Part shown: one piece after another, positions 1 to 10,535 of the stretch
How positions within the stretch are numbered: position 1 is the first letter of the stretch
How the letters are laid out: each line of letters begins with the position of its first letter
Virus genome (UHGV): UHGV-0200554
Strand: one strand, 5' to 3'
From: a virus
Length of the DNA stretch: 64,000 bases
Notes under the pieces: generated by a model
Database searches by the model: none
What the model saw: the letters and a program-made list of their open reading frames with translations, nothing else
What the model was told of the DNA's origin: nothing
Made by a program: the position numbers and the translations under genes

Positions 1-362
1 TCAAAGTCAGCAGCAGCTGCCTCAACACACATATGATAGATCGCAATTTCAAGGTCGTCAAGCCCCAACATCAATTCGACCATCATATTTTCATCATCTG
101 TTGGGTGAGCCGGATCAGAGATCATATCCATTGGTACGATGACTTTCCAGTCTTCTTTAGTCCCCACAGGACCTTGAATTTTACGGCTAATCTCTATCAG
201 ATGCTTGGTGTAAAAGGCTTCGTACTGAACAATCTCGTAGTTATTACGGTAGTAAACGTAGTCGAGGTAAGTACCCAGCCGAAGCTGGCATACTTCAACC
301 CCAAACCACTCCTTCTTCCACTGTTTTTCGCCTGAAGATTGGCATTGGCGTTTAGTCAGCAT
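1..362 (-). CDS. hypothetical protein, partial (3' end beyond window start)
   Basis: Open minus-strand frame from ATG at 362 running off the window; RBS-like AGGAGA upstream; absent from ORF track because no stop in window. Confidence 0.35.
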   Translation of the reverse strand, partial: MLTKRQCQSSGEKQWKKEWFGVEVCQLRLGTYLDYVYYRNNYEIVQYEAFYTKHLIEISRKIQGPVGTKEDWKVIVPMDMISDPAHPTDDENMMVELMLGLDDLEIAIYHMCVEAAAADF

Positions 363-377
363 GGCTGGGTTCTCCTG

Positions 378-629
378 TTATTGACGAGCGTATCCGCAGA
401 GGACGATGGTTGCATTAATTTCTGTTGCAGATAAGTCCCCATCCATAATTTGTAAAGAGAAATCTTCCAGGTCTACAGTGTAGATGCCTCCGTCATAAGA
501 GTTATCCTCCATGATTAGCACGTTGCGTACTTCAGCAGCCACTATGATTTCTACAATCGTACCTGGTTTAAAATTTTTGAGAGGTTTGACTACAGGTTCA
601 AGCTCTCTTAAAGATACAGATGTTGCCAT
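378..629 (-). CDS. hypothetical protein
   Basis: ORF track 378..656; start trimmed to ATG at 629 preceded by AGGAGA RBS. Confidence 0.5.
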   Translation of the reverse strand: MATSVSLRELEPVVKPLKNFKPGTIVEIIVAAEVRNVLIMEDNSYDGGIYTVDLEDFSLQIMDGDLSATEINATIVLCGYARQ

Positions 630-639
630 AATGTGTCTC

Positions 640-2091
640 CTATTTAACGTTTTCAATCAAATCTATAGTTCTGCCAAAAGATGGCGTATAGTCTTTGTTA
701 CCACCTTCTGTCCTAATCCAGAGCGTATTATACTTATCCCAACCGTTGCTGTCAACCTCTTTTTCAAAACCTGATTCAAGAAACAGGTCAGTAAAGATAA
801 TAACATCCTGAACATCAGACAGATGTTTATCCAGATATTCAAACACACAACCTGCACGAGTACCGAACGTAGACTTGATCTGGTAGTCTGGCATCTGTGC
901 AATATTCTGGTGAGTGTATACCTGAACATCACCAACTTCTGTTGACCAACAGAACATCGTAACTTTAAACTCTTTATACAGGCTGCACAACCCGCTGATT
1001 TCTGAAGTGATACGTTTCAGAGTCCGTGGAGAGATAGAGCCTGATACGTCGAATGCCACCACTATATCAATCGTTTTCTCCTGGTTGCGACCTGGGAGAA
1101 TAACAGACTGGCGATTGTTGATAGCCCCTCTGCTACGCAATGTGTGAGTTAAAGCACCAGAGCGACGGGCCGGACGACGATAAGTCATATCAGCTTTCCG
1201 GTGTGACAACATACGTTGACGAATCACATCCAGATAGTTGATGATAGGCTTATTGCGATTCTTGATCCACTCACGCACCTGTGCCGGACCTTCACCACCT
1301 GCCGCTTTCATAGCAGCTTCCATCATGTCACCAGAGTCCTGCATTGCTGCATCTTTCTCTGCCTGAGTCATTGCTGGTTGGTTGCCTTTTTCGTAGCCCA
1401 TAGCTTCACTGAGGTTGTCAGACTGGCCTTGTCCGTCCCCCATGTGAGTATCTGTGGCTCGTAGACCACCGCCACTAGCTTTACCTGGTTGTTGCTGTTG
1501 CTGTTGTTGTCTTTCCAGGTCTGCATAAACTTTTTCAGTTATCCACCCGTGGTATTTCTTATCACAATAACAATATTCAAGAAATGCAAACGGCTGGCCT
1601 TTTTTCAGCTGTGTGCGAATCCCGTGTGGGAACATTGCACATGGCGGTTCGGCTAAATCTACCATCAGACCAGTATTAATAACGTGGTCAGCGGCCTGAT
1701 TAAACAGGTTGTGATCAGAGAAGGCTTTACCACGGCTGAGGTGATCAGCAATGATGTGACCTATCTCATGGCACAGGAGAAAAGCAACCTCTTTAAGCGT
1801 TTTAGGTGCATAGAAAGCGTCCAGCTGTTCTTTCATCTTATCATCGCACTTAGGCAGAATGATAGCACGGCGTTCCTGGCAAACACCTATGATGAACTCT
1901 GGATTGTAGTAAATCCGCTTATGGTCTGTGGCGATAGTGTCACACCATGTGTGGTTCTCAACAAATTGTAAGCCTGACAGGAGCACACCGTAGAAGCTCA
2001 ATCTTTCCATGAGCCACATGCGAGCACCCTGAAGCATACGTAGAGCTTCTGGTTTCTGTGCTAAAATCAGTTCTGAACTTCTTGCGTCCAC
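640..2091 (-). CDS. vWA-domain protein with HExxH zinc-metallopeptidase-like motif
   Basis: HEIGH motif in N-terminal half; MIDAS-like DVSGS motif (IVVAFDVSGSIS) in C-terminal half; GTG start with GGAGG RBS. Confidence 0.7.
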   Translation of the reverse strand: MDARSSELILAQKPEALRMLQGARMWLMERLSFYGVLLSGLQFVENHTWCDTIATDHKRIYYNPEFIIGVCQERRAIILPKCDDKMKEQLDAFYAPKTLKEVAFLLCHEIGHIIADHLSRGKAFSDHNLFNQAADHVINTGLMVDLAEPPCAMFPHGIRTQLKKGQPFAFLEYCYCDKKYHGWITEKVYADLERQQQQQQQPGKASGGGLRATDTHMGDGQGQSDNLSEAMGYEKGNQPAMTQAEKDAAMQDSGDMMEAAMKAAGGEGPAQVREWIKNRNKPIINYLDVIRQRMLSHRKADMTYRRPARRSGALTHTLRSRGAINNRQSVILPGRNQEKTIDIVVAFDVSGSISPRTLKRITSEISGLCSLYKEFKVTMFCWSTEVGDVQVYTHQNIAQMPDYQIKSTFGTRAGCVFEYLDKHLSDVQDVIIFTDLFLESGFEKEVDSNGWDKYNTLWIRTEGGNKDYTPSFGRTIDLIENVK

Positions 2092-2104
2092 TACGATCCT
2101 CCAA

Positions 2105-2122
2105 AGGGGGCAAAAGCCCCCT
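2105..2122 (-). terminator. GC hairpin (7-bp stem, AAAA loop) between tandem minus-strand genes
   Basis: AGGGGGC-AAAA-GCCCCCT perfect inverted repeat; weak U-tract, so terminator or processing site. Confidence 0.4.
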
Positions 2123-2142
2123 CGTTGTTATTTTCTGCTATC

Positions 2143-3177
2143 TTACACCTTTTTAAAGATGTTTGCAAGCTCTGCCATCGTCATGTTAGTCGTTTTCATG
2201 AGGTCAGTCATCGCCTTTTCCATCACAGGTGTAACTACCATGAAGTTGCCTTTGACAAAACCTTTATCGCGATCAGCCACCAGGATAGATTTAAGGCCGT
2301 CACCCAGACGTTCACCAGTCAGTGCACAACATTTTTTCTGGTACACTTGTTTGAACTGTCCGAATGTCAGATCTACTTTCATGCCTATATCATAGAAGAC
2401 CTGACAGTAGAAAGCGTAAGCCTGAGCAATAGCCACATCTGGTGGTAATGCCTGAGGTAGCGGTTTAGGCTCTTCAGGAGCGTCTGTACGGTCCTCAACA
2501 ACTTCGGCTTGTACTTCTTCAACTTCAGCCGTTTCTTCAACCACAGGCTCACTCATGATGTTCCTGACATGTTTTTCAGCACGTTTGTCCATGAACTCAC
2601 GTAATTCCTGTGCAGGTGTCATAGGTTCTTCCTCCTTAGCTTCAATTTGTTGCAAAAGTGCTTCACCACCCAACAGGCCAAGTTCAGCTTTGTCATCTTC
2701 AGAGCCATATTGGCGCATGAAGTTTTCGAAAGAGTATTCTTCTTTCAAGGCCTCCATACTTTCTTCTGACAGGTGTAGCATCATCTGCTGAACAATTTTA
2801 CGGTCAGTACGGTCTTTAATAAGGACCGCATTCTTCTTATCAACCAGCGAATCCTTGAGTTCATTACACCGTGTTCCGACCACACAGCAGTTATGCAGAG
2901 CATACGCCCCGTCATCGTCGATACGCTCTAACGATGGGTAGAACGGGTTGCCTAAACCGTTCTCGTCAGTGTGCATATCAAAAGGAAGAAGAGTGTAGTC
3001 ACATACACCGTCCCCAAGTAATTTCTTACCGAAGAACAGCCACTCTTCCCACGTCAACGTAAACATGATGCCCCTTTTCTTAGCATTACCTTGTTTACGT
3101 TTATACTTTTTATTCAGCTTCTCCAACTCCCACGGTTGATAGCAGCCCTCCAGATATTGAATGTGTGTCTTAGCCAT
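2143..3177 (-). CDS. hypothetical Cys-rich protein
   Basis: ORF track; 344 aa; Cys/His cluster (GDGVCDY...HNCCVVGTRCNE) suggests metal binding; no confident family. Confidence 0.55.
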   Translation of the reverse strand: MAKTHIQYLEGCYQPWELEKLNKKYKRKQGNAKKRGIMFTLTWEEWLFFGKKLLGDGVCDYTLLPFDMHTDENGLGNPFYPSLERIDDDGAYALHNCCVVGTRCNELKDSLVDKKNAVLIKDRTDRKIVQQMMLHLSEESMEALKEEYSFENFMRQYGSEDDKAELGLLGGEALLQQIEAKEEEPMTPAQELREFMDKRAEKHVRNIMSEPVVEETAEVEEVQAEVVEDRTDAPEEPKPLPQALPPDVAIAQAYAFYCQVFYDIGMKVDLTFGQFKQVYQKKCCALTGERLGDGLKSILVADRDKGFVKGNFMVVTPVMEKAMTDLMKTTNMTMAELANIFKKV

Positions 3178-3315
3178 AGCAAATGTCCTTGCTTGTGTTT
3201 ATGTAAGGCGAACATTAGCATGAAAATTAATTCTTGTCAACTGAAAAATGTTGTTGACTTTTGGTTCATCTTGATCTATTCTTCGCCAATAACAGAACGA
3301 GAGAGGAACCTTTCA

Positions 3316-4211
3316 TGTTTGAGCATCATATTACACCATTTGACCCTATGAGTCAAGCCCCAACAGATGTAGGAACAATACTTTCTTCTTTGTATGAGAG
3401 TATCCTGTACCGTCGCAGACTATTTACAGCTTGCCATCCATTCTACAACTTCATAGCAAACGCGATCAATACCACACTCAACAGTGCAGGCTTTGACGAT
3501 TTCCACTGGGTCTTCACTAAAGAAGACAAACCGGACAAGGTTTTTGTAGGCAGCTTCAGCATGGAGATCAATAAGGCTGTGTCATGGCAGCGTGCAGGTT
3601 GTGTCATGTTCCGTTTCCAACAAGGTTTTGCCTCTATAGCGGAGCATCCTTCTTTTATGAACGGCATTGAAGGTGGAGAGAAAGGTTTCTTCAAAATGCT
3701 TGCAAAAGTATTTGACATGCAGCCTTTTATGATATATGTTTATTATAGCCTGAATGGCAGGAGCGTATGCTACTCTTCAGATATCTCTATTGATCTGCTT
3801 GACTTGCCATACGTTTTCTGCTACGATGGAAAAATAACTAGCAGGATGACTGGTAATCAGAATGTAGCAGACTTCGCCCCGTTGCAGATTAAGTCACGGG
3901 AATACACAGCTTTGGGTGGAGAACCTGTTATGTTGATCAACAAGTATCACACAACAGGGGAATTTCTGATGTTCCAGTACCGGAAGCGGGATAGCCGGAT
4001 GGAGTATGCCCGTGTCAGCTCAGACACTCTGGAGTCATTTCAGGGTGAGGATGGTAGCTATACAGCTGAATCTCTTGAAGTTATGGAAGCGATGGGAATA
4101 AAAGATCAATTATGGGTTGACAACCTGTTGGGTAATGAGTTAGAATTACTACGTCCTATGTTGAAGTGGGACGAAGAAACTAAAGCTAAATACGAAGGAG
4201 ACTTCCAATGA
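3316..4211 (+). CDS. hypothetical protein
   Basis: ORF track 3261..4211; start moved to ATG at 3316 with GAGAGGAA RBS. Confidence 0.55.
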
Positions 4212-4486
4212 AAAAACACCAGATTTTTCACGTAGGTGAAGACGCACAGGCAGATGCTGTATGGTTCGCAATGCACCACACAACGGATGACGAACTGGCT
4301 ATGGGCCATGCATTCGTTAACCCTGGTGATAAACTGCCGTATCCTGGTGATTATGTTGTGGCAGCAATGGACGGTTACACTTTGTGTTTGCGGGTAACTA
4401 AAATCTTCCTGGATCCGCGCCACAATCATCGTCTGGTTCTGGCATTTGAAGAAGCTCCTGCATATGCTCTGGGGGATGGAGAATGA
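4208..4486 (+). CDS. hypothetical protein
   Basis: ORF track; ATGA stop-start overlap with neighbours (operon). Confidence 0.55.
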   Translation: MKKHQIFHVGEDAQADAVWFAMHHTTDDELAMGHAFVNPGDKLPYPGDYVVAAMDGYTLCLRVTKIFLDPRHNHRLVLAFEEAPAYALGDGE

Positions 4487-4761
4487 AAGTAGTTGTATTA
4501 CGCAATCTTGAACCTGTGATGCTGGATCAAATTACACTTCTGAATAAAGGTGAGTGTTTAGCTGTCTGTATCCCTGAACAAGACATAGCCTACCTGATGG
4601 GATGCTTACCGGAGAATGTGGATAAAAAAATAGCTCATTTAAAGGAAAAAGGTATAGAAGATTTATTGAAGCACGGGTATGGTGATTCTATCTTTGCAGC
4701 CGAAGAGTTCATCAATCCGTCTGAATGTGTAGCAGAATTTGAAGTGGAGATCGAAGAATGA
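4483..4761 (+). CDS. hypothetical protein
   Basis: ORF track; ATGA overlap coupling. Confidence 0.55.
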   Translation: MKVVVLRNLEPVMLDQITLLNKGECLAVCIPEQDIAYLMGCLPENVDKKIAHLKEKGIEDLLKHGYGDSIFAAEEFINPSECVAEFEVEIEE

Positions 4762-5024
4762 AAAAAGTTGTAAACGTTTATCTGAATGCAGAAGAAGTTA
4801 AAGTTGATGGTAGCCTTTTTGAAGTTGGCGATCTGATGATTATCCACTTCGTAAAAGAGGATAAAGGATACATCTCATTGAACCTGCTGGAGTATGTTCC
4901 TGAAGAGATGATGCCTACAGTGTGTCAGGCTTTGTATGCAGGTGGTGATTCTAAACCTCTGGCAGAGCTGAATATTGGCCCTAAAAATCTGGTCATCTCT
5001 ACAACAGTAGACGTGGGAGAATGA
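4758..5024 (+). CDS. hypothetical protein
   Basis: ORF track; ATGA overlap coupling. Confidence 0.55.
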   Translation: MKKVVNVYLNAEEVKVDGSLFEVGDLMIIHFVKEDKGYISLNLLEYVPEEMMPTVCQALYAGGDSKPLAELNIGPKNLVISTTVDVGE

Positions 5025-5395
5025 CTATGGCACAGTGGAACAAGACGCTGGATTTATCTGACTGGTGGGCAGGACTACCACTTGGGGATGGTACAATCCA
5101 GGTATGGACTGGCAATAATGTCCACAAGTTCGCCAAACGGATAGCCCGAAAAATAGCTGAACTCTACCCACGGCAATTAAACAAAGATTGCCCAGAGTAT
5201 GATTGGGTTCTTGATGATGTGGTTGATCACTTCCTGGCAATTCTCCCACCAGAGGAGTTCAACAAACAGGTTCACGCCTACATCAACGAAGAAACTGATT
5301 TTCTGGTCACACCTATAGAAGATTTCAATTATGCTATGTCTGAGCTTTACGACTGGGCAGACAGGCACAATCTATGGGTGAAAACAACTTTCTAA
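5021..5395 (+). CDS. hypothetical protein
   Basis: ORF track; overlap coupling with upstream gene. Confidence 0.55.
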   Translation: MTMAQWNKTLDLSDWWAGLPLGDGTIQVWTGNNVHKFAKRIARKIAELYPRQLNKDCPEYDWVLDDVVDHFLAILPPEEFNKQVHAYINEETDFLVTPIEDFNYAMSELYDWADRHNLWVKTTF

Positions 5396-5410
5396 CACGG
5401 AGGTTGATCT

Positions 5411-5662
5411 ATGTCAAACAAATACAGAGAATTAGACTTTGACAGGGACTACGAAAAGTATTATCATAGCGGCATGAGGGGTGGATCACGCAGGTGCACC
5501 CCTGCATACTTCTACGCTAATCGGGCAATTGACCCACAAGAAGTTGTAGCTTGCAGAATGGCTTATAATTTCGACATAGCGTATGGCATCCCTGTCTTCG
5601 ATGTAATGACAGAACTTGAAAACTTTGAACATACTTACGAAGTAAGAGAGGAGCTTTACTAA
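5411..5662 (+). CDS. hypothetical protein
   Basis: ORF track; GGAGG RBS upstream. Confidence 0.5.
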   Translation: MSNKYRELDFDRDYEKYYHSGMRGGSRRCTPAYFYANRAIDPQEVVACRMAYNFDIAYGIPVFDVMTELENFEHTYEVREELY

Positions 5663-6855
5663 TGTCAAGAAATATTTTCGAGAGTGGGCAGATTACGGTT
5701 CGTGAATTGCCCACTATGATCAAGTTTGCCAAGCGTCACGGCAAATCTTTATTTATACTGGGTTCTCCGGGCGTTGGTAAGAGCCAGGTCATCAAGCAAA
5801 CTGCCGATAAACTGTTTGGAGAACGGGAAGATAACCTGATTGATATCCGTCTGTCGGATAAAGACCCAACAGACCTGTCTGGCCTGCCTGTTCCGGTGAC
5901 AGAGGAAGATGGCACTACTCGCACTGTGTTTGCCACACCTAGCTTCTGGCCTACTGACCCAGACTGGGAAGGTATTATCCTGCTGGATGAAATGAACCAT
6001 GCAGATAATTTTCTCCAGAAAGTAGCCATGCAGATCATGTTGGACCACAAATGTGGTTGCTACAAATTCCCGAAAGGTGCGGTGTTTGTAGGTGCAGGTA
6101 ACCGTTCTGGTGATGGTGCAGTGCTGTCTGTGTTGGAAGCACCTCTGGCAAACCGTTTAACGATTGTAGAAGTTATCCCAGATGCCAACGTCTTCCTGGA
6201 AGACTATGCATTCTCACGAGGTGTACATTCTTCTGTGATCGGTTATCTGAAACGCCAGCCGTCATCGATTGAGAACTATGAAGCAATGGCAGACTGCAAC
6301 TGTCCTGCATTCGCCACACCTCGTTCATGGGTGACTGCTTCGGATATTATGTGGGACCTTGATCGCCATCTGGTTTCAGAAGCTGAAGCCCGTGTCTTGT
6401 TACAAGGGACGATTGGTCACACGATGATGTTGGAGATTATGACTTACCACATGAAGAAACGCAATCTGCCGGAGATTGGGGATATCTTTGCTGGGGCTGT
6501 CAAAGAGTTCAAAGGTCAGAAATCTCCAGACCTCATCTGGATTCTGGGTTCAGAAGGTTGTATTGGTTTACGCAACATGATGGCTAACATTGAAGTTGAT
6601 GATGACGAAGTGGTTAGCAGTGCTGCAAACTTCCTGGACTACTTATGGAGTAACTTCCAGAACGACAACAGAGACTTCGTATTCTCTGTGTTCAAAGCAA
6701 TGATTAGCCCGAATGCACTTGGCAATGCTATTCTGGTGAACAAAGAGCATGGTCGTGAGAAAATCATGGCTAAACTGATTAAAGCGTACCCTAACCTGAT
6801 GGCTATCGTCAAACAGTTTGGGGAAGAGTTCCGTGACTTGTTAGCTAAGGCTTAA
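5662..6855 (+). CDS. AAA+ ATPase, MoxR-like
   Basis: Walker A GSPGVGKSQ, Walker B ILLDEMNH; about 400 aa. Confidence 0.75.
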   Translation: MSRNIFESGQITVRELPTMIKFAKRHGKSLFILGSPGVGKSQVIKQTADKLFGEREDNLIDIRLSDKDPTDLSGLPVPVTEEDGTTRTVFATPSFWPTDPDWEGIILLDEMNHADNFLQKVAMQIMLDHKCGCYKFPKGAVFVGAGNRSGDGAVLSVLEAPLANRLTIVEVIPDANVFLEDYAFSRGVHSSVIGYLKRQPSSIENYEAMADCNCPAFATPRSWVTASDIMWDLDRHLVSEAEARVLLQGTIGHTMMLEIMTYHMKKRNLPEIGDIFAGAVKEFKGQKSPDLIWILGSEGCIGLRNMMANIEVDDDEVVSSAANFLDYLWSNFQNDNRDFVFSVFKAMISPNALGNAILVNKEHGREKIMAKLIKAYPNLMAIVKQFGEEFRDLLAKA

Positions 6856-6865
6856 GGAGTGCACA

Positions 6866-7234
6866 ATGGCTGCATTAGGTAAGAAACGCCGTGGTAATTT
6901 CCTGGTGGTCTTGACAGACCATCCAGAGGAAGAGTATCATTGCAGATCAACACGGGTTATCCCAGTCCAGGATCGTGAAGGTGATGAAATCTGGGATGAA
7001 TTAATGTTGACTTGTTCTGACAGTGAATATTTCTTCATCTACGTTAAAGACAAAGCAGGTTTCTTTGAAAATGATGATCTGCTGCGTTATGATATTGCAG
7101 ATATGGTAAGAGCTTGCCACAAAGACAGTGCTGAACTCTTCGGTCTGCAACTTAAGGATAAAACTTTCTTCTATCAGGACGAATGCGTGGAGATTTACAG
7201 GGAAGTGGAAGATGAATTACTCCACGATAACTGA
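6866..7234 (+). CDS. hypothetical protein
   Basis: ORF track; RBS AAGGAG upstream. Confidence 0.5.
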   Translation: MAALGKKRRGNFLVVLTDHPEEEYHCRSTRVIPVQDREGDEIWDELMLTCSDSEYFFIYVKDKAGFFENDDLLRYDIADMVRACHKDSAELFGLQLKDKTFFYQDECVEIYREVEDELLHDN

Positions 7235-7293
7235 TACTAATCCACAACACTTTGCCCCTCTTACTGAGGGGCTAACTGCTATGGAGCTGACCA

Positions 7294-9309
7294 ATGATTA
7301 TTAAAAGTGACCATAAAGAAGCAACCATTCTCGGTAAGAGTGAAGTTACCACAGGGACAATTGCGCTGAATGCTGAGACGTTTGGCCTGATTATCAAAGG
7401 TATTTACAAAGATCCTTTACTTGCTTCCTGCCGTGAGCCTATCTTTAATGCTGTGGATGCTCATGTTGAAGCGGGTCGTAAAGATGTGCCTATCAAGATC
7501 CATACACCAACCGACCTTGAGCCTTACTTCTCTGTACAGGACGAAGGCCTCGGCATGTCTGAAGAGACTGTACGCACAATCTTTATGACATTGGGCGACT
7601 CCACTAAGCGTCAGAGCAACGAATTGGTGGGTGCCAAAGGTATTGGTTCGAAAGCACCTCTGAGCAAGGTGGAAGCCTTTAACGTTATAAGCGTCTATAA
7701 CGGCACAAGAAGCGAATATCTTGTCTTTATGGACAAAGGTATACCGAAAGTCACTAAAACGCGTAGCGAGCCTTCTACGCAGCATAACGGCATCACAATC
7801 AGGTTCCCTGTGAACAAAAAAGATGTGTCTGCGTATCGCCATGCAATAGCTTCATGCCTGAACTATGCTAAGTTTCCGTTTGAGGTGTCGGATCCGATCA
7901 CCACACGGATGCTGGAGCAATTTAAAAGCAACATTGACTACACATACAAAAAAGATGGGTGGACTCTGTACATCTACCACGGCAATACTTGCTCTCTGGA
8001 AAGTCGTGTTGTGATGGGGCACCAGCCTTATCGTTCAGAGTATCTTGAATCTATGATAGATTATCCGCGTCTGGTGGTAGAGATTCCGATTGGTGATTGC
8101 GATATCAACCCTGGCCGTGAATGGACGATTGAAGGTGATGATGATGGTGGGTTCCTTGAACAACTGAAAGCCTTTGTGGACGAAGGTATCAGTAAACGTG
8201 GTGAAGAGATTGAAGTGCTGCTGAATAAAGCCACTTCTGCTATTGAAGCTCGCCGTATCATTAAAGAGTCTGGTGGCTTCTTCTCGCGTCTGGTAGGCTG
8301 GAAGTTTATGACTGCTAAATGGAAAGCCATAATGCAGGGGCATACTGTCCCAGTTATCAGTGAGTTGCCTGTGTTTGTAGGTGGTACTCGGATTGGCGCT
8401 AACTCTCTGAAACGAGATATGTACGGACCTTCTGAGTTTTCAGCAGGTCGTAAGCTGGTACTGAATGACGCAAATGGTAAATTCAACCGGATTAAATGTA
8501 ACTATCTGGCTAATGAGACTAGTCGCAACGTCTACTATGTAGAAGACCCATACCTGTCAGAAGAGTTGGCTAAGTATGTGGACGATCCATTCTACAGTGA
8601 CGTGCTGTTCCTGTTGTCTGAGCTGCCTAAGCCACCAAAAGACCAACGTCAGGCGAGCAGTACGTATCAGCCGGGTTATTTTGTCAAAAAGCTGGATGAA
8701 CACGGTTGGTTCTGCCGCGAACGCATAAGCAAGCAGGATTTTAAAGATATCAAGTATTGCATCCCGTATGATGGGGATATCCAAAGAGGCCGTAGTTGGT
8801 TGGGTGAGAACAATAACATCTACCAACAGGATCCGGTAGTCTTCCGTGAGGCCTTTGGTATCCCACAGGATGAAGATGTTTACATGGTTGCTGAAAGTCG
8901 CTTGACATGGGTGGCAGAAGATTGTAAGATTATCACAGAGGTTGATGCAAAACCTGTTCTGGAACAGGACGCCTGGAACTGGCTCTTGATGAGAGCTGCA
9001 AACACGACAGGTTACACAAAATACAAAATGCAACTGGGTAAACTGGGTGTGAAAATGTGCATTGACCCAGAAGTAAAAGAAAACGAGTATAAGGTTCGTA
9101 TGTGGATGGGATGCTACTCGTGGAAGTACAGAGATCTGGCTGACAGAGCAGATCATCTTGTGAACCTTCATGTGAAGTGTGCTCGCCGCTACATGGATGG
9201 TGTATACCAACGCTACCCGTTGCTGAAACGCATCCATGGGGATCACTGGGATAAACCGGAAGTTATTGAATATATTGAATTAATGAAAGCTAAGAAGGAG
9301 ACTGAATAA
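7294..9309 (+). CDS. GHKL (Bergerat-fold) ATPase domain protein
   Basis: N-box EPIFNAVDAH, G1 box DEGLGM, G2 box GAKGIGSKA near N-terminus; remainder unassigned. Confidence 0.6.
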   Translation: MIIKSDHKEATILGKSEVTTGTIALNAETFGLIIKGIYKDPLLASCREPIFNAVDAHVEAGRKDVPIKIHTPTDLEPYFSVQDEGLGMSEETVRTIFMTLGDSTKRQSNELVGAKGIGSKAPLSKVEAFNVISVYNGTRSEYLVFMDKGIPKVTKTRSEPSTQHNGITIRFPVNKKDVSAYRHAIASCLNYAKFPFEVSDPITTRMLEQFKSNIDYTYKKDGWTLYIYHGNTCSLESRVVMGHQPYRSEYLESMIDYPRLVVEIPIGDCDINPGREWTIEGDDDGGFLEQLKAFVDEGISKRGEEIEVLLNKATSAIEARRIIKESGGFFSRLVGWKFMTAKWKAIMQGHTVPVISELPVFVGGTRIGANSLKRDMYGPSEFSAGRKLVLNDANGKFNRIKCNYLANETSRNVYYVEDPYLSEELAKYVDDPFYSDVLFLLSELPKPPKDQRQASSTYQPGYFVKKLDEHGWFCRERISKQDFKDIKYCIPYDGDIQRGRSWLGENNNIYQQDPVVFREAFGIPQDEDVYMVAESRLTWVAEDCKIITEVDAKPVLEQDAWNWLLMRAANTTGYTKYKMQLGKLGVKMCIDPEVKENEYKVRMWMGCYSWKYRDLADRADHLVNLHVKCARRYMDGVYQRYPLLKRIHGDHWDKPEVIEYIELMKAKKETE

Positions 9310-10526
9310 TGTCAAACTGCTCAACCGTATCTGTATACGTGCGTACTTACAAAACTCGTAACGATGCTCGTGTAGCAAAAGCAAAATACGAAAGTCGCGG
9401 CTTTCCAGTAGGTAAACCATACCTTCTTGATGGTGAATGGTGGATAGACGTACATTCCCCAGTAAGTTGCGACATTGATAATGAATTTATGGAAGTGGAA
9501 TACCACTATGCAGAGTTCCCTTCTCGTGGGGAGGCTCGTAAGTTCAAAGAGAACTGCATGGAAGGTTCCACAATTATCGACCGTGGCCCTTATGCGACTG
9601 TACCGCGTTGGGTGGTCAAATACCCTGGCGATGTAGTAGGGGTATTACACTGGGAAAATGTAAGTCCTAAAACCCTTGTTTACACCCCAGCAGAAAACGC
9701 AGTGACTTACGATGTTGGCACTTTGGTGCCAAATAATGACCCTGTGGTGGTTATCTTCGGTAGCATGATCCAGATTATCACTCGTGAAGATACCTACACT
9801 GTAGAGTCTGAGGACAACGAAGCACTCTACAAAGAGGTATTTGCAAGAGTTAGTGCTAACGACTTCGATAGTGCTATTCAACTCATTAAGGACGCTGAAA
9901 AAGAGAGTAGTGAAGGTTATGAAGTGCTGGATGAAGAGAATCATCTTATAATGCTTGATGGTGAACTCTTCTACTACGGTGTACATCTGACTTCTACTAT
10001 CGCCAAACGTATTGAAAAGGATGCAGCAGAAGGTACTTTGGATGACCGCTATATTAAGTTCTTGGTCCGTCTGCTTCGTAACCCGTCTGCTAAGTCTGTA
10101 GAAATGCTCTACGACTTTATGCAGGCAAATGATATTGACATTCTACCAGATGGTCGTATAGAATGTTTCCGTGGTGTCACCCAGCTACCTGACGGAAGTT
10201 GCGTAGACTACCATTCTGGTAAAGTCCCACAATACGAAGGTTGCTTTATCTCAATGCCTCGTAACTTTGTAGAGGATAACCCAGAGGTGGCTTGCTCTCA
10301 CGGTCTGCACTGTGCAAGCGCTGAGTATGCCAAAGGTTATGGCGTGTTAACTAAAGTAGCTGTTGACCCAGCAGATGTGGTTAGCGTACCATATGACTAC
10401 GATTTTGCTAAATGCCGTTGCTGCCGATTCGAAATACTCACGGCCCCTGCTAAACGTACAGAGGGTATCCCAGATGAGTATGTAGTTGACCGAGATGGCA
10501 ACGTAATAGAAGAGATCTTCTTCTAA
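9309..10526 (+). CDS. hypothetical protein
   Basis: ORF track; 405 aa; start overlaps previous stop. Confidence 0.55.
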   Translation: MSNCSTVSVYVRTYKTRNDARVAKAKYESRGFPVGKPYLLDGEWWIDVHSPVSCDIDNEFMEVEYHYAEFPSRGEARKFKENCMEGSTIIDRGPYATVPRWVVKYPGDVVGVLHWENVSPKTLVYTPAENAVTYDVGTLVPNNDPVVVIFGSMIQIITREDTYTVESEDNEALYKEVFARVSANDFDSAIQLIKDAEKESSEGYEVLDEENHLIMLDGELFYYGVHLTSTIAKRIEKDAAEGTLDDRYIKFLVRLLRNPSAKSVEMLYDFMQANDIDILPDGRIECFRGVTQLPDGSCVDYHSGKVPQYEGCFISMPRNFVEDNPEVACSHGLHCASAEYAKGYGVLTKVAVDPADVVSVPYDYDFAKCRCCRFEILTAPAKRTEGIPDEYVVDRDGNVIEEIFF

Positions 10527-10535
10527 GGAGGAAGA

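Noticed and set aside
33-335. Plus-strand ORF at window start
   Set aside because: Lies antisense to a better minus-strand frame with an RBS that runs off the window; no RBS of its own.
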